Shown: piece after piece, positions 31,133-41,701 of the stretch
How the letters are laid out: every line of letters starts with the position of its first letter
How positions within the stretch are numbered: position 1 is the first letter of the stretch
Source of the DNA: Candidatus Marinacidobacterales bacterium
GTDB taxonomy: Bacteria > Acidobacteriota > Vicinamibacteria > Marinacidobacterales > SMYC01
Length of the DNA stretch: 64,000 nucleotides
Assembly (NCBI GenBank): GCA_965197495.1
Contig: OZ240210.1
Location: 3,623,898 to 3,687,897, forward strand
Reading direction: 5' to 3'
Position numbers and translations under genes: made by a program
Notes under the pieces: generated by a model
What the model saw: only the letters and a program-made list of their open reading frames with translations
Databases searched by the model: none
What the model was told of the DNA's origin: nothing

Positions 31133-32070
31133 GGGCCACGGTGGTTGCCTGGCTCGCCCTCGTCGCCGTCAACGGCGCGCTTTGGGTCGAAAGCCGTTCC
31201 GTCTCCCGGGAGCAGGCCGAGCTCTCCAAGCAGTTCGCCGAGAGCTCGGAGCAGATGGAGAGACAGCGCGCCTCGTCGAGCGAGCGGCAACGCTTCGAGA
31301 AGCTCAAAGCACTTGCGCACGACAAGACCCCAGTCGAGCCTCTCGGCATCGCGACTCTTCGCGATCTTCTGATCGAGGCCGAGCGCGGTCTAGCTGTCGA
31401 GCGGCTCGCACTCGACTTTCGCTCCGCCGCCCGGCTTCCCGCCGGTCTCGACGGCAACCGCATCAATGCGAGCTTTCAGGGCTCGCTCGACGGGCTCTTC
31501 GGCTATCTCGTTCGCGTCGAAGCGATGCACTTGCCGCTATTGACGGAAACGTTCTCACTTCGAAGCGACGGCCCCGGCAGAAGCCCGGGCTCCAGGAACA
31601 CGATCGCGATCCGTTGGTTAGCGTTGTGGCCGCTCGACGTGGAGTCGGCTCCTATAGCTCTCGTGCCCGCCGAGGTCGAAAGCCTGACCGCATGGATCGA
31701 GCGTCCGCGCCCTCTTGATCTCGGCCGCGATCTCTTCGCGTTCGGAAACATCGCGCCCGAGCGAGAAGCCCGGCCTCTCGAGACTGCGCCCGAGATAGAA
31801 GCCGCGTCGCCCGAGCTACCCGAAACGGAGGACCTCGTTGAGGAGGCGCCACCGAGCCCCGAGCTCACGGGATTCGTGCTCGTGCGGCCCGAGCTCGAGT
31901 CCGATGTGCGGCGGCGGGTACTGGCGGCGATGCGCTATGAGGGCACTGTGCGCCTCGTCCAAGTGGGTGACCATATCGGTGGCTACGTCGTGGAGCGCAT
32001 CGACGCGCGCGAGAGCGTGACGCTTGCCGATGCGGGAACGGGTGAGAGACTCTTGCTCCGCCTCGAATAG
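31129..32070 (+). CDS. PilO/GspM-like protein with C-terminal GspC/PilP-like beta domain
   Basis: TM plus coiled coil plus FQGSLDGLFGYLVRVE; Pro/Glu linker; ELTGFV..VGDHIGGYVVERID. Confidence 0.45.
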   Translation: MRATVVAWLALVAVNGALWVESRSVSREQAELSKQFAESSEQMERQRASSSERQRFEKLKALAHDKTPVEPLGIATLRDLLIEAERGLAVERLALDFRSAARLPAGLDGNRINASFQGSLDGLFGYLVRVEAMHLPLLTETFSLRSDGPGRSPGSRNTIAIRWLALWPLDVESAPIALVPAEVESLTAWIERPRPLDLGRDLFAFGNIAPEREARPLETAPEIEAASPELPETEDLVEEAPPSPELTGFVLVRPELESDVRRRVLAAMRYEGTVRLVQVGDHIGGYVVERIDARESVTLADAGTGERLLLRLE

Positions 32071-32080
32071 CTTGTGCTAG

Positions 32081-32552
32081 TCTGAAGTTCCTGGCTGAAA
32101 AAGCCAAGATCCGGTGTTGATCCAATGAGATAGTTGGAATCAATGGTGCTGGCTTCTGTCTACACGGTGATACCTTTGAGCAGGTCGTAGGCTCTCTGCT
32201 GTTTTGAGTCCGGAGTTGTCGTGACATCGAAGGTGGGCTCGTCGGGTCCGGCTTCCGGTTGCCGACATTTGTTTCGGACGATGTTGCTGAGAAGGCGCAG
32301 CAGCGTGCGGAAGCTGGAAGCTCGACTCCCATCGTCAAGCTTCTTGGTTTGTATCTTGCGCAGGGCGGCCTCGGAGCGCTTCGCCGGAGCAACCGGGTCA
32401 CGCCTGGCCTTCGCCTGCTGGTCCTCGTCAGAGAATAGCAGCGGCCGCCAAGCCTCCATCATGTGCCACAGGACGTAGTAGGCCAGCATGCACAAGAAGA
32501 CGTGCGCCCGGACTCGGTTTTCGCGCCGGTGACGAATCGGCCGCACCTTTAG
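32081..32552 (-). mobile_element. IS1634-family type A, copy 2, 3' segment with right end
   Basis: Near-identical inverted copy of 34292-34763; ends GGAACTTCAGA|CTAG. Confidence 0.93.
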
Positions 32553-34763
32553 GCTGAAGTTCCTTGGTCGAATGAACCCACTGACAGTGTGAATCCCCAA
32601 TGATTACGCGTCTTTAGGGACGCCGAGAGGCTAATTTTGGGATGCAATATGTAGGCATGTCTAAAGCCTTTTATGGTTTGATACACATTGATATATAGGC
32701 TATTATGGTGGGCATGCATACCCACATCATCCCCAATCGCAACTCTACCCCCGCGGTCCTGCTGCGTGAGTCGTATCGGGTGGGCGGAAACGTCCGCAAG
32801 CGCACGCTCGCTAACTTGTCCAAATTGCCCATGGACGCAGTCGACGCCATCCGACGCATTCTCAAAGGGGAAAAGCTCGTCTCGGTTGAAGTCGCCTTCA
32901 AAATCGTCGAGAACGGCTCCCGGCACCATGGCCACGTCGACGCGGTGCTCAGCGCCATGAGACAGCTCGGTTTCGAAAAGCTCGTTGGTTCTCGACACTC
33001 ACCAGAGCGGGATTTGGTCGTGGCCATGGTAGTCGCCCGGATCCTCGAACCGCAGTCGAAGCTGGCGACTAGCCAGTGGTGGCACACAACCACACTGCCC
33101 GAAATCCTGGGGGTGAGCGATGCCCGCGAAGACGATCTCTATGCCGCCATGGACTGGGTTCTCAAACGCCAGGAGGTCATCGAAAAAAAACTCGCGGCGC
33201 GCCATCTCCAAAACGACGGCCTGGCGCTCTATGACCTAACCTCAAGCTACTTCGAGGGTGTGAGTTGTCCGATCGCCCGCCTCGGATACGACCGTGACGG
33301 CAAGAAAGGCAAGCTGCAGATCAACTACGGTCTGCTGACCAACGAACGCGGCATCCCCGTGTCGGTATCGGTCTTTGAGGGCAACACGGGCGATCCCAAA
33401 ACGCTGTTGCCTCAGGTAGAAAAGGTGCAAGAGCGCTTCGGCATCGAGCAGTTTGTGATGGTGGGCGACCGCGGAATGATCACCCAGACCCAGATCGACG
33501 AGTTGCGGGAGATGGACGGTGTCGACTGGATTACCGCTCTGCGTCCCGAACCGATTCGCAAGCTCATCAACGATGGGGTGCTCCAGATGGGGCTATTCGA
33601 CGAGCGGAATCTGTTTGAGGTGACGCACCCGGATTTCCCCAACGAGAGGCTGGTCGCTTGCCGCAATCCGGAGCTGGCCGAGAGGCGGCGTCACAAGCGC
33701 CGTGCTCTGCTCGAAGCGACCTGCAAGGAGCTGGAGAAAGTTTGTCGGATGGTCGAGCGGCGCCGTTTGCAGGGCAAGGAGGACATCCGTGCTGCAGTGA
33801 AAAAGCTCCTCAACAAGTACAAGGTCGGCAGGTACTACAGGCTCGACATCCGTGACGACGGTTTCGACTTCGAGCTAGACGAGACAACGATGGATGCCGA
33901 CGCCTCGCGCCTCGCCAACGGCAACTCTGAGTTCGCCAACAAACGGCTCCAGCGGTGGAAGCGACACATGGGGACGATCGCTAAGCAGTTCGGAGGGATT
34001 CGCCAACGGATCGGGCGGGGTCAGCTGCATGGTAAAGATAAAATCGGTGTGCGGGTAGGCAGAGTTCTCAACAAGTACAAAGTCGGCAAGCACTTCAAGC
34101 TGGACATTCGCGACGACAGCTTTAGCTTCGAAATCGACGACACAAAGGTCACTGCGGAAGCTGCCCTTGACGGCATCTACGTGATCCGCACCAGTCTTGC
34201 TGAGCAGCGGATGAAAACCGACGACACAGTGCGCAGCTACAAGTTGCTGACCCAGGTCGAGAGGGCGTTTCGTTCCTTCAAGAGCATGGACCTAAAGGTG
34301 CGGCCGATTCGTCACCGGCGCGAAAACCGAGTCCGGGCGCACGTCTTCTTGTGCATGCTGGCCTACTACGTCCTGTGGCACATGATGGAGGCTTGGCGGC
34401 CGCTGCTATTCTCTGACGAGGACCAGCAGGCGAAGGCCAGGCGTGACCCGGTTGCTCCGGCGAAGCGCTCCGACGCAGCCCTGCGCAAGATACAAACCAA
34501 GAAGCTTGACGATGGGAGTCGAGCTTCCAGCTTCCGCACGCTGCTGCGCCTTCTCAGCAACATCGTCCGAAACAAATGTCGGCGACCGGAAGCCGGACCC
34601 GACGAGCCCACCTTCGATGTCACGACAACTCCGGACTCGAAACAGCAGAGAGCCTACGACCTGCTCAAAGGTATCACCGTGTAGACAGAAGCCAGCACCA
34701 TTGATTCCAACTATCTCATTGGATCAACACCGGATCTTGGCTTTTTCAGCCAGGAACTTCAGG
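32553..34763 (+). mobile_element. IS1634-family type A, copy 1 (complete), inserted inside copy 2
   Basis: TIR CTGAAGTTCC/GGAACTTCAG; flanking TTAG(G) duplication at 32549 and 34764. Confidence 0.95.
32714..34684 (+). CDS. IS1634-family DDE transposase
   Basis: LLRESYR..TLANLSKLP, YDLTSSYFEG, VGDRGM, YK.L.QVERAFR, RVRAHVFLCMLAY. Confidence 0.93.
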   Translation: MHTHIIPNRNSTPAVLLRESYRVGGNVRKRTLANLSKLPMDAVDAIRRILKGEKLVSVEVAFKIVENGSRHHGHVDAVLSAMRQLGFEKLVGSRHSPERDLVVAMVVARILEPQSKLATSQWWHTTTLPEILGVSDAREDDLYAAMDWVLKRQEVIEKKLAARHLQNDGLALYDLTSSYFEGVSCPIARLGYDRDGKKGKLQINYGLLTNERGIPVSVSVFEGNTGDPKTLLPQVEKVQERFGIEQFVMVGDRGMITQTQIDELREMDGVDWITALRPEPIRKLINDGVLQMGLFDERNLFEVTHPDFPNERLVACRNPELAERRRHKRRALLEATCKELEKVCRMVERRRLQGKEDIRAAVKKLLNKYKVGRYYRLDIRDDGFDFELDETTMDADASRLANGNSEFANKRLQRWKRHMGTIAKQFGGIRQRIGRGQLHGKDKIGVRVGRVLNKYKVGKHFKLDIRDDSFSFEIDDTKVTAEAALDGIYVIRTSLAEQRMKTDDTVRSYKLLTQVERAFRSFKSMDLKVRPIRHRRENRVRAHVFLCMLAYYVLWHMMEAWRPLLFSDEDQQAKARRDPVAPAKRSDAALRKIQTKKLDDGSRASSFRTLLRLLSNIVRNKCRRPEAGPDEPTFDVTTTPDSKQQRAYDLLKGITV

Positions 34764-35329
34764 TTAGGTCCATGCTCTTGAAGGAACGAAACGCCCTCTC
34801 GACCTGGGTCAGCAACTTGTAGCTGCGCACTGTGTCGTCGGTTTTCATCCGCTGCTCAGCAAGACTGGTGCGGATCACGTAGATGCCGTCAAGGGCAGCT
34901 TCCGCAGTGACCTTTGTGTCGTCGATTTCGAAGCTAAAGCTGTCGTCGCGAATGTCCAGCTTGAAGTGCTTGCCGACTTTGTACTTGTTGAGAACTCTGC
35001 CTACCCGCACACCGATTTTATCTTTACCATGCAGCTGACCCCGCCCGATCCGTTGGCGAATCCCTCCGAACTGCTTAGCGATCGTCCCCATGTGCCGCTT
35101 CCACCGCTGGAGCCGTTTGTTGGCGAGCTCAGAGTTGCCGTTGGCGAGGCGCGAGGCGTCGGCATCCATCGTTGTCTCGTCTAGCTCGAAGTCGAAACCG
35201 TCGTCACGGATGTCGAGCCTGTAGTACCTGCCGACCTTGTACTTGTTGAGGAGCTTTTTCACTGCAGCACGGATGTCCTCCTTGCCCTGCAAACGGCGCC
35301 GCTCGACCATCCGACAAACTTTCTCCAGC
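34764..35329 (-). mobile_element. IS1634-family type A, copy 2, middle segment (5' half missing)
   Basis: Inverted near-identical copy of about 33730-34295; joins in register with 32081-32552 across the TTAG duplication. Confidence 0.92.
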
Positions 35330-35690
35330 ATGCTAGAAGCCGGTCTTCGAGCGGGGCATCGACGGAGATTTGTGTCGGCACGATGATGTCGTCTTCTTCC
35401 GAATCCTCTTCGAAAGCTTGGCGATTTTCTTCTTCCGAGCGCCTCGGGCCGGTGGGGGTCAGTGTGCGCCCGGACGAGCGCGGGGCCGTCGCGGTTTGGG
35501 GCGTGCTCTCGGTCTCCGAGGAGGGCTCGCTCTCTGGGGCAAGTGCGTCGCTGGAAATCACGAGCACTTCCTTGCCCTCTTCTTTGTTCTTCTCCCGGCG
35601 CTCTTTTTCTTTTTTTGCGAGCTCCCCGAGAGACTGCCCGAAGCCCATGGTGGGTAGGAGCAAGCACAACACCAGAAGTGTCGATCTCAT
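35330..35690 (-). pseudogene. secreted hypothetical protein truncated by IS
   Basis: Signal peptide then GQSLGELAKKEKERR and a low-complexity acidic region; runs into IS sequence. Confidence 0.7.
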
Positions 35691-35813
35691 AAAGGCCTCC
35701 GAGATAGTTCAGGAATCAATCTCTATTATAGACGCTTCGTCTCGGGCCGACCAGGCGTTGCCGGTCTCCCTCGAACTCCCCTACTCTCTTGTTCTTACGG
35801 ACGTTCTTCCAGT

Positions 35814-35842
35814 TTGCACGGGGTCTCCCCGCGCCATACAAT
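35814..35842 (+). promoter_or_regulatory. sigma70 promoter of the aminotransferase operon
   Basis: TTGCAC-17 bp-TACAAT, then AAGGAG RBS. Confidence 0.65.
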
Positions 35843-35876
35843 CAACTGCTTATACCAAGAAGGAGCTCGGACAGAA

Positions 35877-37178
35877 ATGGGCGTGATTGCGAACAGAATC
35901 GCCGCCATGGGTACCGAGAATGCGTTCAAGATTGGGGATGACGTGGCGCGAGCCCAAGCGCGCGGTGTCGACGTCATCCGCTTTACCATCGGCGAGCCGG
36001 ACTTCGATAGCGCGGCCCACATCAACCAAGTAGGCATCGACAACATTCTCGCTGGCAACACGCACTATACGGACCCCGCCGGGATCAAGCCTCTTCGCGA
36101 AGCGACGGCGGCGCATGTCAAAAAAACACGCGGTCTCGATGTGAGCGCCGATCAAGTGATCATCCTCCCCGGAGCCAAGCCGGCGATCGGCTACGCGATG
36201 ATGAGCTACGTCAATCCCGGCGACGAGGTCATCTATCCGAGTCCAGGCTTTCCCATTTATGAATCTTGGGTGACGTATATAGGCGGCACACCCGTGCCGC
36301 TCGTTCTCCGCGAAGAGAACGGGTTTGCCTTCACGGCGGAAGAGCTCGAAGCACTCATCACTCCAAAGACGAAGCTTCTCATGTTGTGCTCGCCGTCGAA
36401 CCCGACGGGCGGCGTTCTCTCGCGAGAGATCCTCGAAGGTGTTGCCGAGGTCGTGCGCTCGAAGGCGCACCCCGATTTGCGGGTCTATTCCGACGAGATC
36501 TACGAGCACATCACGTTTGACGGCTTCGAGCATTTCTCGATTTCTCAGGCGCCGGGAATGAAGGAGCGCACGATCATTGCGAGCGGCCACTCGAAAGGCT
36601 TTGCCATGACGGGTTGGCGCATCGGCTGGTCGGTGCTGCCAAACGAAGAGGAGGCGGCCTTGTGGAAGCAGCTCAATATCAATACCGTCAGCTGCGTGCC
36701 GCCCTTCGCGCAGGAGGCAGCGCGCGAGGCTTTCGAGAACCCGAAGACTGTCGGGATGGTTGCGCACATGGTCTCGGAGTTCAAGAAGCGGAGAGACTAC
36801 GTCGTGCCCGCGCTCAATGACATCCCCGGCATCACGTGTAACAAACCTCTTGGAGCGTTCTACGTGTTTCCTAATGTTTCTGGCGTTTGCGCCGAGCTCG
36901 GTGTCCACCATTACTACGATGGTCTCTCGGAGGAAAGGCGGTGCAAGACGAGCCCGGCGACGCTCTTTCAGCGTTTTCTCTTGTACTACCACGGCGTCGC
37001 GCTCGTCGATCGGCGAAGCTTCGGCGTTTTGAAGAGCGAAGGCCAGCATTTCCTGCGCCTTTCCTACGCGACGGATATGAACTCCATCAAGGAAGGTGTC
37101 GCACGGATCCGCAAAGGGGCTTCCGACGATGCCGGGTTCGAGAAGTTCAAAGAAGATGCCGTCGCGCTCGGAGTATGA
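35877..37178 (+). CDS. PLP-dependent aminotransferase class I/II (aspartate aminotransferase-like)
   Basis: IGEPDF, SPSNPTG, SDEIY, SKGFAMTGWRIG, GAFYVFPN. Confidence 0.93.
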   Translation: MGVIANRIAAMGTENAFKIGDDVARAQARGVDVIRFTIGEPDFDSAAHINQVGIDNILAGNTHYTDPAGIKPLREATAAHVKKTRGLDVSADQVIILPGAKPAIGYAMMSYVNPGDEVIYPSPGFPIYESWVTYIGGTPVPLVLREENGFAFTAEELEALITPKTKLLMLCSPSNPTGGVLSREILEGVAEVVRSKAHPDLRVYSDEIYEHITFDGFEHFSISQAPGMKERTIIASGHSKGFAMTGWRIGWSVLPNEEEAALWKQLNINTVSCVPPFAQEAAREAFENPKTVGMVAHMVSEFKKRRDYVVPALNDIPGITCNKPLGAFYVFPNVSGVCAELGVHHYYDGLSEERRCKTSPATLFQRFLLYYHGVALVDRRSFGVLKSEGQHFLRLSYATDMNSIKEGVARIRKGASDDAGFEKFKEDAVALGV

Positions 37179-38205
37179 CGTGAAGATTTTCGCGACGCGC
37201 AAAATTCCCGAAGCCGGTCTCGAGATTTTGAAAGATGCCGGTGAGCTCTCCATCGCAATGGAGATCGAAGACGCGATCGTGCCGCGGGAGAGCGTTCTCG
37301 CCGGTGTGCGCTCGGCGGACGTGCTCGTCTCGCTCTTGACGGAGTCCGTGGACCAGGGCGTGCTCGCCGCCGGTGAGAGGCTGCGCGGCGTCGCCAACTA
37401 CGCCGTGGGCTACAACAATATCGACGTGGAGGCGGCGACCGAGCTCGGCCTCCCCGTCACCAATACGCCCGGTGTGCTCACGGATACGACGGCCGACCTC
37501 ACTTGGACATTGCTCATGTCCGTCGCGCGAAACGTCGTACCCGCCGATCGCTACATGCGGGCGGGGAAGTACAAGATCTGGGGGCCGAGCCTGTTCCTGG
37601 GCGGCGATATCTCGAAGGGCGGCGACGGCACGCCCAAAGTGCTCGGCATCATCGGCTTCGGGCGCATCGGCCAGGCCATGCACCGGCGCGCTCGAGGCTT
37701 CGATATGCGGGTGCTCGCCTATGACCCGCCCATCCGCGATTTGATCGACGGGATGGAGGGCGTCGCCTATGCCGAAATGGATCGGTTGCTCGAACAGAGC
37801 GACTTCGTGACTTTGCATGCGGATTTGAACGAAGCCACCCGTCATCTCATCGACGAGGCGGCTCTTGAGAAAATGAAATCGACCGCCTATCTCATCAACA
37901 CGGCGCGCGGCCCCATCGTCGACGAGCGTGCTCTCGTCGACGCGCTGAGAAGCGAGGCCATTGCTGGCGCCGGGCTCGATGTGTTCGAGGACGAGCCCAC
38001 CATGGCGCCTGGCCTCGCCGAGCTCGACAATGTCGTCATCCTGCCGCACATCGCCTCGGCGAGCCGCGACACGCGGAACAAGATGGCGACCATGTGCGCC
38101 GACAACGCGGTGGCGCATGCGAAGCTCGAAAAAGCACCCAACTGTGTGAACCCCGACGTCTATGATAGCGAGGCCTATCAAAGCCGCTTGCGAAAGATCC
38201 GCTGA
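37156..38205 (+). CDS. D-2-hydroxyacid dehydrogenase (glyoxylate/hydroxypyruvate reductase-like)
   Basis: AVGYNNID, NTPGVLT, GIIGFGRIG, INTARG, LDVFEDEP, PHIAS; exact start uncertain. Confidence 0.93.
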   Translation: MPSRSEYDVKIFATRKIPEAGLEILKDAGELSIAMEIEDAIVPRESVLAGVRSADVLVSLLTESVDQGVLAAGERLRGVANYAVGYNNIDVEAATELGLPVTNTPGVLTDTTADLTWTLLMSVARNVVPADRYMRAGKYKIWGPSLFLGGDISKGGDGTPKVLGIIGFGRIGQAMHRRARGFDMRVLAYDPPIRDLIDGMEGVAYAEMDRLLEQSDFVTLHADLNEATRHLIDEAALEKMKSTAYLINTARGPIVDERALVDALRSEAIAGAGLDVFEDEPTMAPGLAELDNVVILPHIASASRDTRNKMATMCADNAVAHAKLEKAPNCVNPDVYDSEAYQSRLRKIR

Positions 38206-38423
38206 TCCAGAGCACGTTCCCATCGTGCGCCGCCGACTCGGCGAAGTCCTGAGAAGCGCCTGACGGTCGCTCAGCCAAGAGCTCACCCAAGGCGGGGCGG
38301 TGGGGCATTGTAGGCCGCCAAGAGCGCCAATGACACAGATGATACAATGGACGGCGCGGGTCCCAGTGCTCGAACCCGCTTTATCGCGCGTCATATTAGA
38401 AATTTTTTTCGTTTCCAAGGCCG

Positions 38424-40623
38424 ATGTCGTCCATTCCCGAAAAAATCGATAAGTACGTCGTGCTTAGCGAGCTGGGCCGTGGTGCGATGGGCACGGTCTA
38501 CAAGGCGCGCGACCCGGTTCTCGACCGCGTCGTGGCTATCAAGATGATGTCCGAAGATCTTCTCATCGAAGAGGAGATGCGCGGTCGGTTCAACCGGGAG
38601 GCGCGATCCGCTGCCGGGCTCCAGCACCCCAACATCGTGACGATTTTCGATTTCGGGGAGCTCGAGGGTGAAGGCGTGCCTTATATCGTGATGGAGCTTC
38701 TCGAGGGGGATAGCCTGGCGCAGCTCATGGAGCAAGGTAAGCCCGAGCGGCTCAAGGACAAGATGCAGATCGTCTCTCAGATCTGCCGGGGCCTCGACTA
38801 TGCCCACAAGCGCGGCGTCATCCATCGCGACGTCAAGCCCGGGAACATCCAAGTCTTGCCCGACGGGACCGCGAAAATACTCGATTTCGGAATCGCGAAT
38901 GTCGAAGGCTCCACGATCAAGACGAAGACCGGCCTCGTCATGGGAACGCCCAACTACATGGCGCCCGAGCAGATTTCCGGAGCGACCGTCGATCATCGCG
39001 CCGATATGTGGGCCGTGGGCGTCCTTCTTTACGAGCTCCTCGGCAAAGACAGGCCGTTCACGGCCTCGACTGTGCCGGGTCTCGTCTATCAAATCGTGCA
39101 CGCCCAGCCGCTGGTCCTCGACGCTCGTGCGCTCGGCTTGCCCGCCAAGCTCGTATCGGTGGTCGAGCGCGTCTTGAGCAAGGACCCGGACCAACGCTTC
39201 CGCGATCTGGCTTTGATGGGGCGCGCGATCGATCAGATCATGGGTAAGGCACCCGCCTCGGCGGAGCCCCCCGAAGAAGAGAGGGCGCGCAGCTATCAGA
39301 CGAATTTCGAGCTCGCGCGGGGCTTGCACCAAAAGGGGCAGCACCAGCGCGCGCTTGAGGCTGCACGGCGCGCTCAGGCGCTCGAGCCGTCTCATGCATC
39401 CGTCGTCGATCTAGTCTCCGAGATCGAGATTGCGCTCGAGCGGATGCAATCGCAAGAGACGATCGTGCTGAAACCGGAGCCGCCCTCGTCCTTCGACGCG
39501 GCGCGGTGGGTGGACGAAGCGCGGATGGCTCTGACGGCGGGCAATCGCAGCGCAGCTTTACGTATCGTCGACGACGTGCTCGCGGTCGAGCCCACTTTCG
39601 AGGCGGCGATCGAGCTGAAAGAGCTTCTCGACATGCCGGCGCGGCCAGGACGCGTGGGTTCGCTGCGTCCGCAGACCTATCGTCACACCCGGGTGCGCCC
39701 CGAGCTCACCTTCGCCGAATCGGCGACCTTCGGGGAGCCACCCGGCATTCAAGTATTGTCCATCGGTCCGAGCCCTCAGCTCGTCGCCGCGGGCGGCGGC
39801 GACGGCTCGGTGCGCCTCTGGGATATCGATTCGCGACGAAAGGTCGCGAGCTTCCGCACGGAGCTTCATCAGCGAGCCGGCCATGAAGCGCTCGCGACTT
39901 CTTTAGCTTTCTCCCCGGACGGGGCCTTTCTCGCTTCCGGTCACGTGGATGGCAATATCCATCTCTGGAGTCTCGATATGGGGGACGAGGTCACGGTCCG
40001 AGCTCGCCACGACGCTTCGATCGGCCAGCTCGCGTTCTCGCCCGACGGCACCACGCTCGCCTCCTGTGCTCTCGATAGCACCGTCAAGCTGTGGAGCCTC
40101 GACTTGCTGCGCCAGGGCGAGGCGCAGAGGCAGCTCATCCGGGAGCCTTCGGGCGTGACCACGCTCCTCTATTCCGAAGACGGGGCGCAGCTCATCGCCG
40201 GTAACACCAAGGCCGTCCTCCGGGTTCGCGACAGCAAGACGGGCCCGGCTCACGGCGACGCTCGGGGGCCACAGCGCCCCTTTGTCGACCTGTATTCTCT
40301 CTCCGGACGGCGATCAGATTGCGACCGGGTCGTGCGACGGCATCATCCGCATCTTCGACTTGAATCGGCGAGAGGAAGTCCAAACGCTGACGGGGCACAA
40401 GAAAGCGATTGCGGGGCTCGCCTACTTTCCCGGAGGGACCGAGCTCGCGAGCGTCGCGATGGATAACAGCTTGCTCATCTGGGACCTCACAGCAGGGAAA
40501 CCTCGTCAGACCCTCTACGGCCGATCGGAGGAGACCTTTACCGGGGTCGTGGTCACGAGCGACGAGCCGCTCCTCGTCGCCGGGCTCGGGGACGGACGGG
40601 TGCGCGTTTGGGCGCCGGAGTGA
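38424..40623 (+). pseudogene. Ser/Thr protein kinase with TPR-like helices and WD40 propeller, +1 frameshift near 40245
   Basis: GRGAMG, VAIK, HRDVKPGN, DFG, YMAPE; WD repeats continue in ORF 40282-40623. Confidence 0.85.
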
Positions 40624-40713
40624 CTGATGATTGCCGATTGCCGCTTGCCGCTCCGAAGAATCTCGTCCTGGCGAGATTTCCGCACAGCTCAGAATTACAT
40701 GGCTCGAGATCCT

Positions 40714-41688
40714 TCACCAACCCAGGATCCAGGCAAACATCAAAGGCGCGACGATGGACGCATCGGATTCGATGATGAACTTCGGCGTGTCGGCGCCGAG
40801 CTTTCCCCACGAGATCTTCTCGTTGGGGACGGCTCCCGAGTAGGAGCCGTAGCTCGTCGTCGAGTCCGAGATCTGGCAGAAGTAGCTCCAGAGAGGGATG
40901 CTGTCACGTCCGAGGTCCTGGTGGAGCATCGGCACGACGCAGATGGGAAAATCTCCTGCGATGCCGCCTCCGATCTGGAAGAACCCGACGCCGCTTTCGG
41001 TCGCGTGGTCCGTATACCAGCTCGCGAGATCCATCATGTACTCGATGCCGCCGCGCATGATGCCCGGTGAGAACTCTTCCGTGATGCAGTAGGCGGCGAA
41101 CATGTTGCCCAGAGTCGAGTCTTCCCACCCCGGGACGACGAGCGGCACGTTGCGCTCGCAAGCGGCGACGACCCAGCTGTCTTTGGGATCGATCTCGTAA
41201 TATGGCTTGAGCTTTCCGCTCCGCACGAGCTCGCAGATATACTCGTGAGGAAAGTAGCGCGTGCTCTCCTCGCGAGCACTCCGCCAGAGCTCCAGGACGC
41301 TCCGCTCGATCCGCCGCATCGCTTCCTCTTCGGGAATACAGGTATCGGTGACACGGTTGTAGTGCTGCTTCAGGAGCGCCTGTTCGTCCTCGGACGAAAG
41401 ATGGCGGTAGTGAGGCACGCGCTCGTAGTGGCTGTGGGCGACGAGGTTGAAAACATCCTCTTCGAGATTGGCGCCCGTGCAACAGATGATATGCACCTTG
41501 TCCCGCCGGATCATCTCGGCGAGCGATCGGCCGAGCTCCGCCGTGCTCATCGCCCCGGCGAGCGTCACCATCATCTTCCCGCCCTCGTCGAGAAGTTTCT
41601 TGTAGCCTTCCGCCGCGTCGACCACCGTGGCGGCGTTGAAGTGCAGAAAATGGCGCTCCATGAACTCTGTGATCGGACCTCTTTCCAT
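40714..41688 (-). CDS. deoxyhypusine synthase-like protein (probable homospermidine synthase)
   Basis: LAGAMSTAELG, TGANLEED, QIGGGIAGDF, SYSGAVPNEKISWGK. Confidence 0.92.
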   Translation of the reverse strand: MERGPITEFMERHFLHFNAATVVDAAEGYKKLLDEGGKMMVTLAGAMSTAELGRSLAEMIRRDKVHIICCTGANLEEDVFNLVAHSHYERVPHYRHLSSEDEQALLKQHYNRVTDTCIPEEEAMRRIERSVLELWRSAREESTRYFPHEYICELVRSGKLKPYYEIDPKDSWVVAACERNVPLVVPGWEDSTLGNMFAAYCITEEFSPGIMRGGIEYMMDLASWYTDHATESGVGFFQIGGGIAGDFPICVVPMLHQDLGRDSIPLWSYFCQISDSTTSYGSYSGAVPNEKISWGKLGADTPKFIIESDASIVAPLMFAWILGW

Positions 41689-41701
41689 TTTCGTCTCCTG
41701 T

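Noticed and set aside
34759-35667. 302-aa ORF as a novel fusion protein
   Set aside because: Out-of-frame read of the secreted gene joined to a transposase fragment
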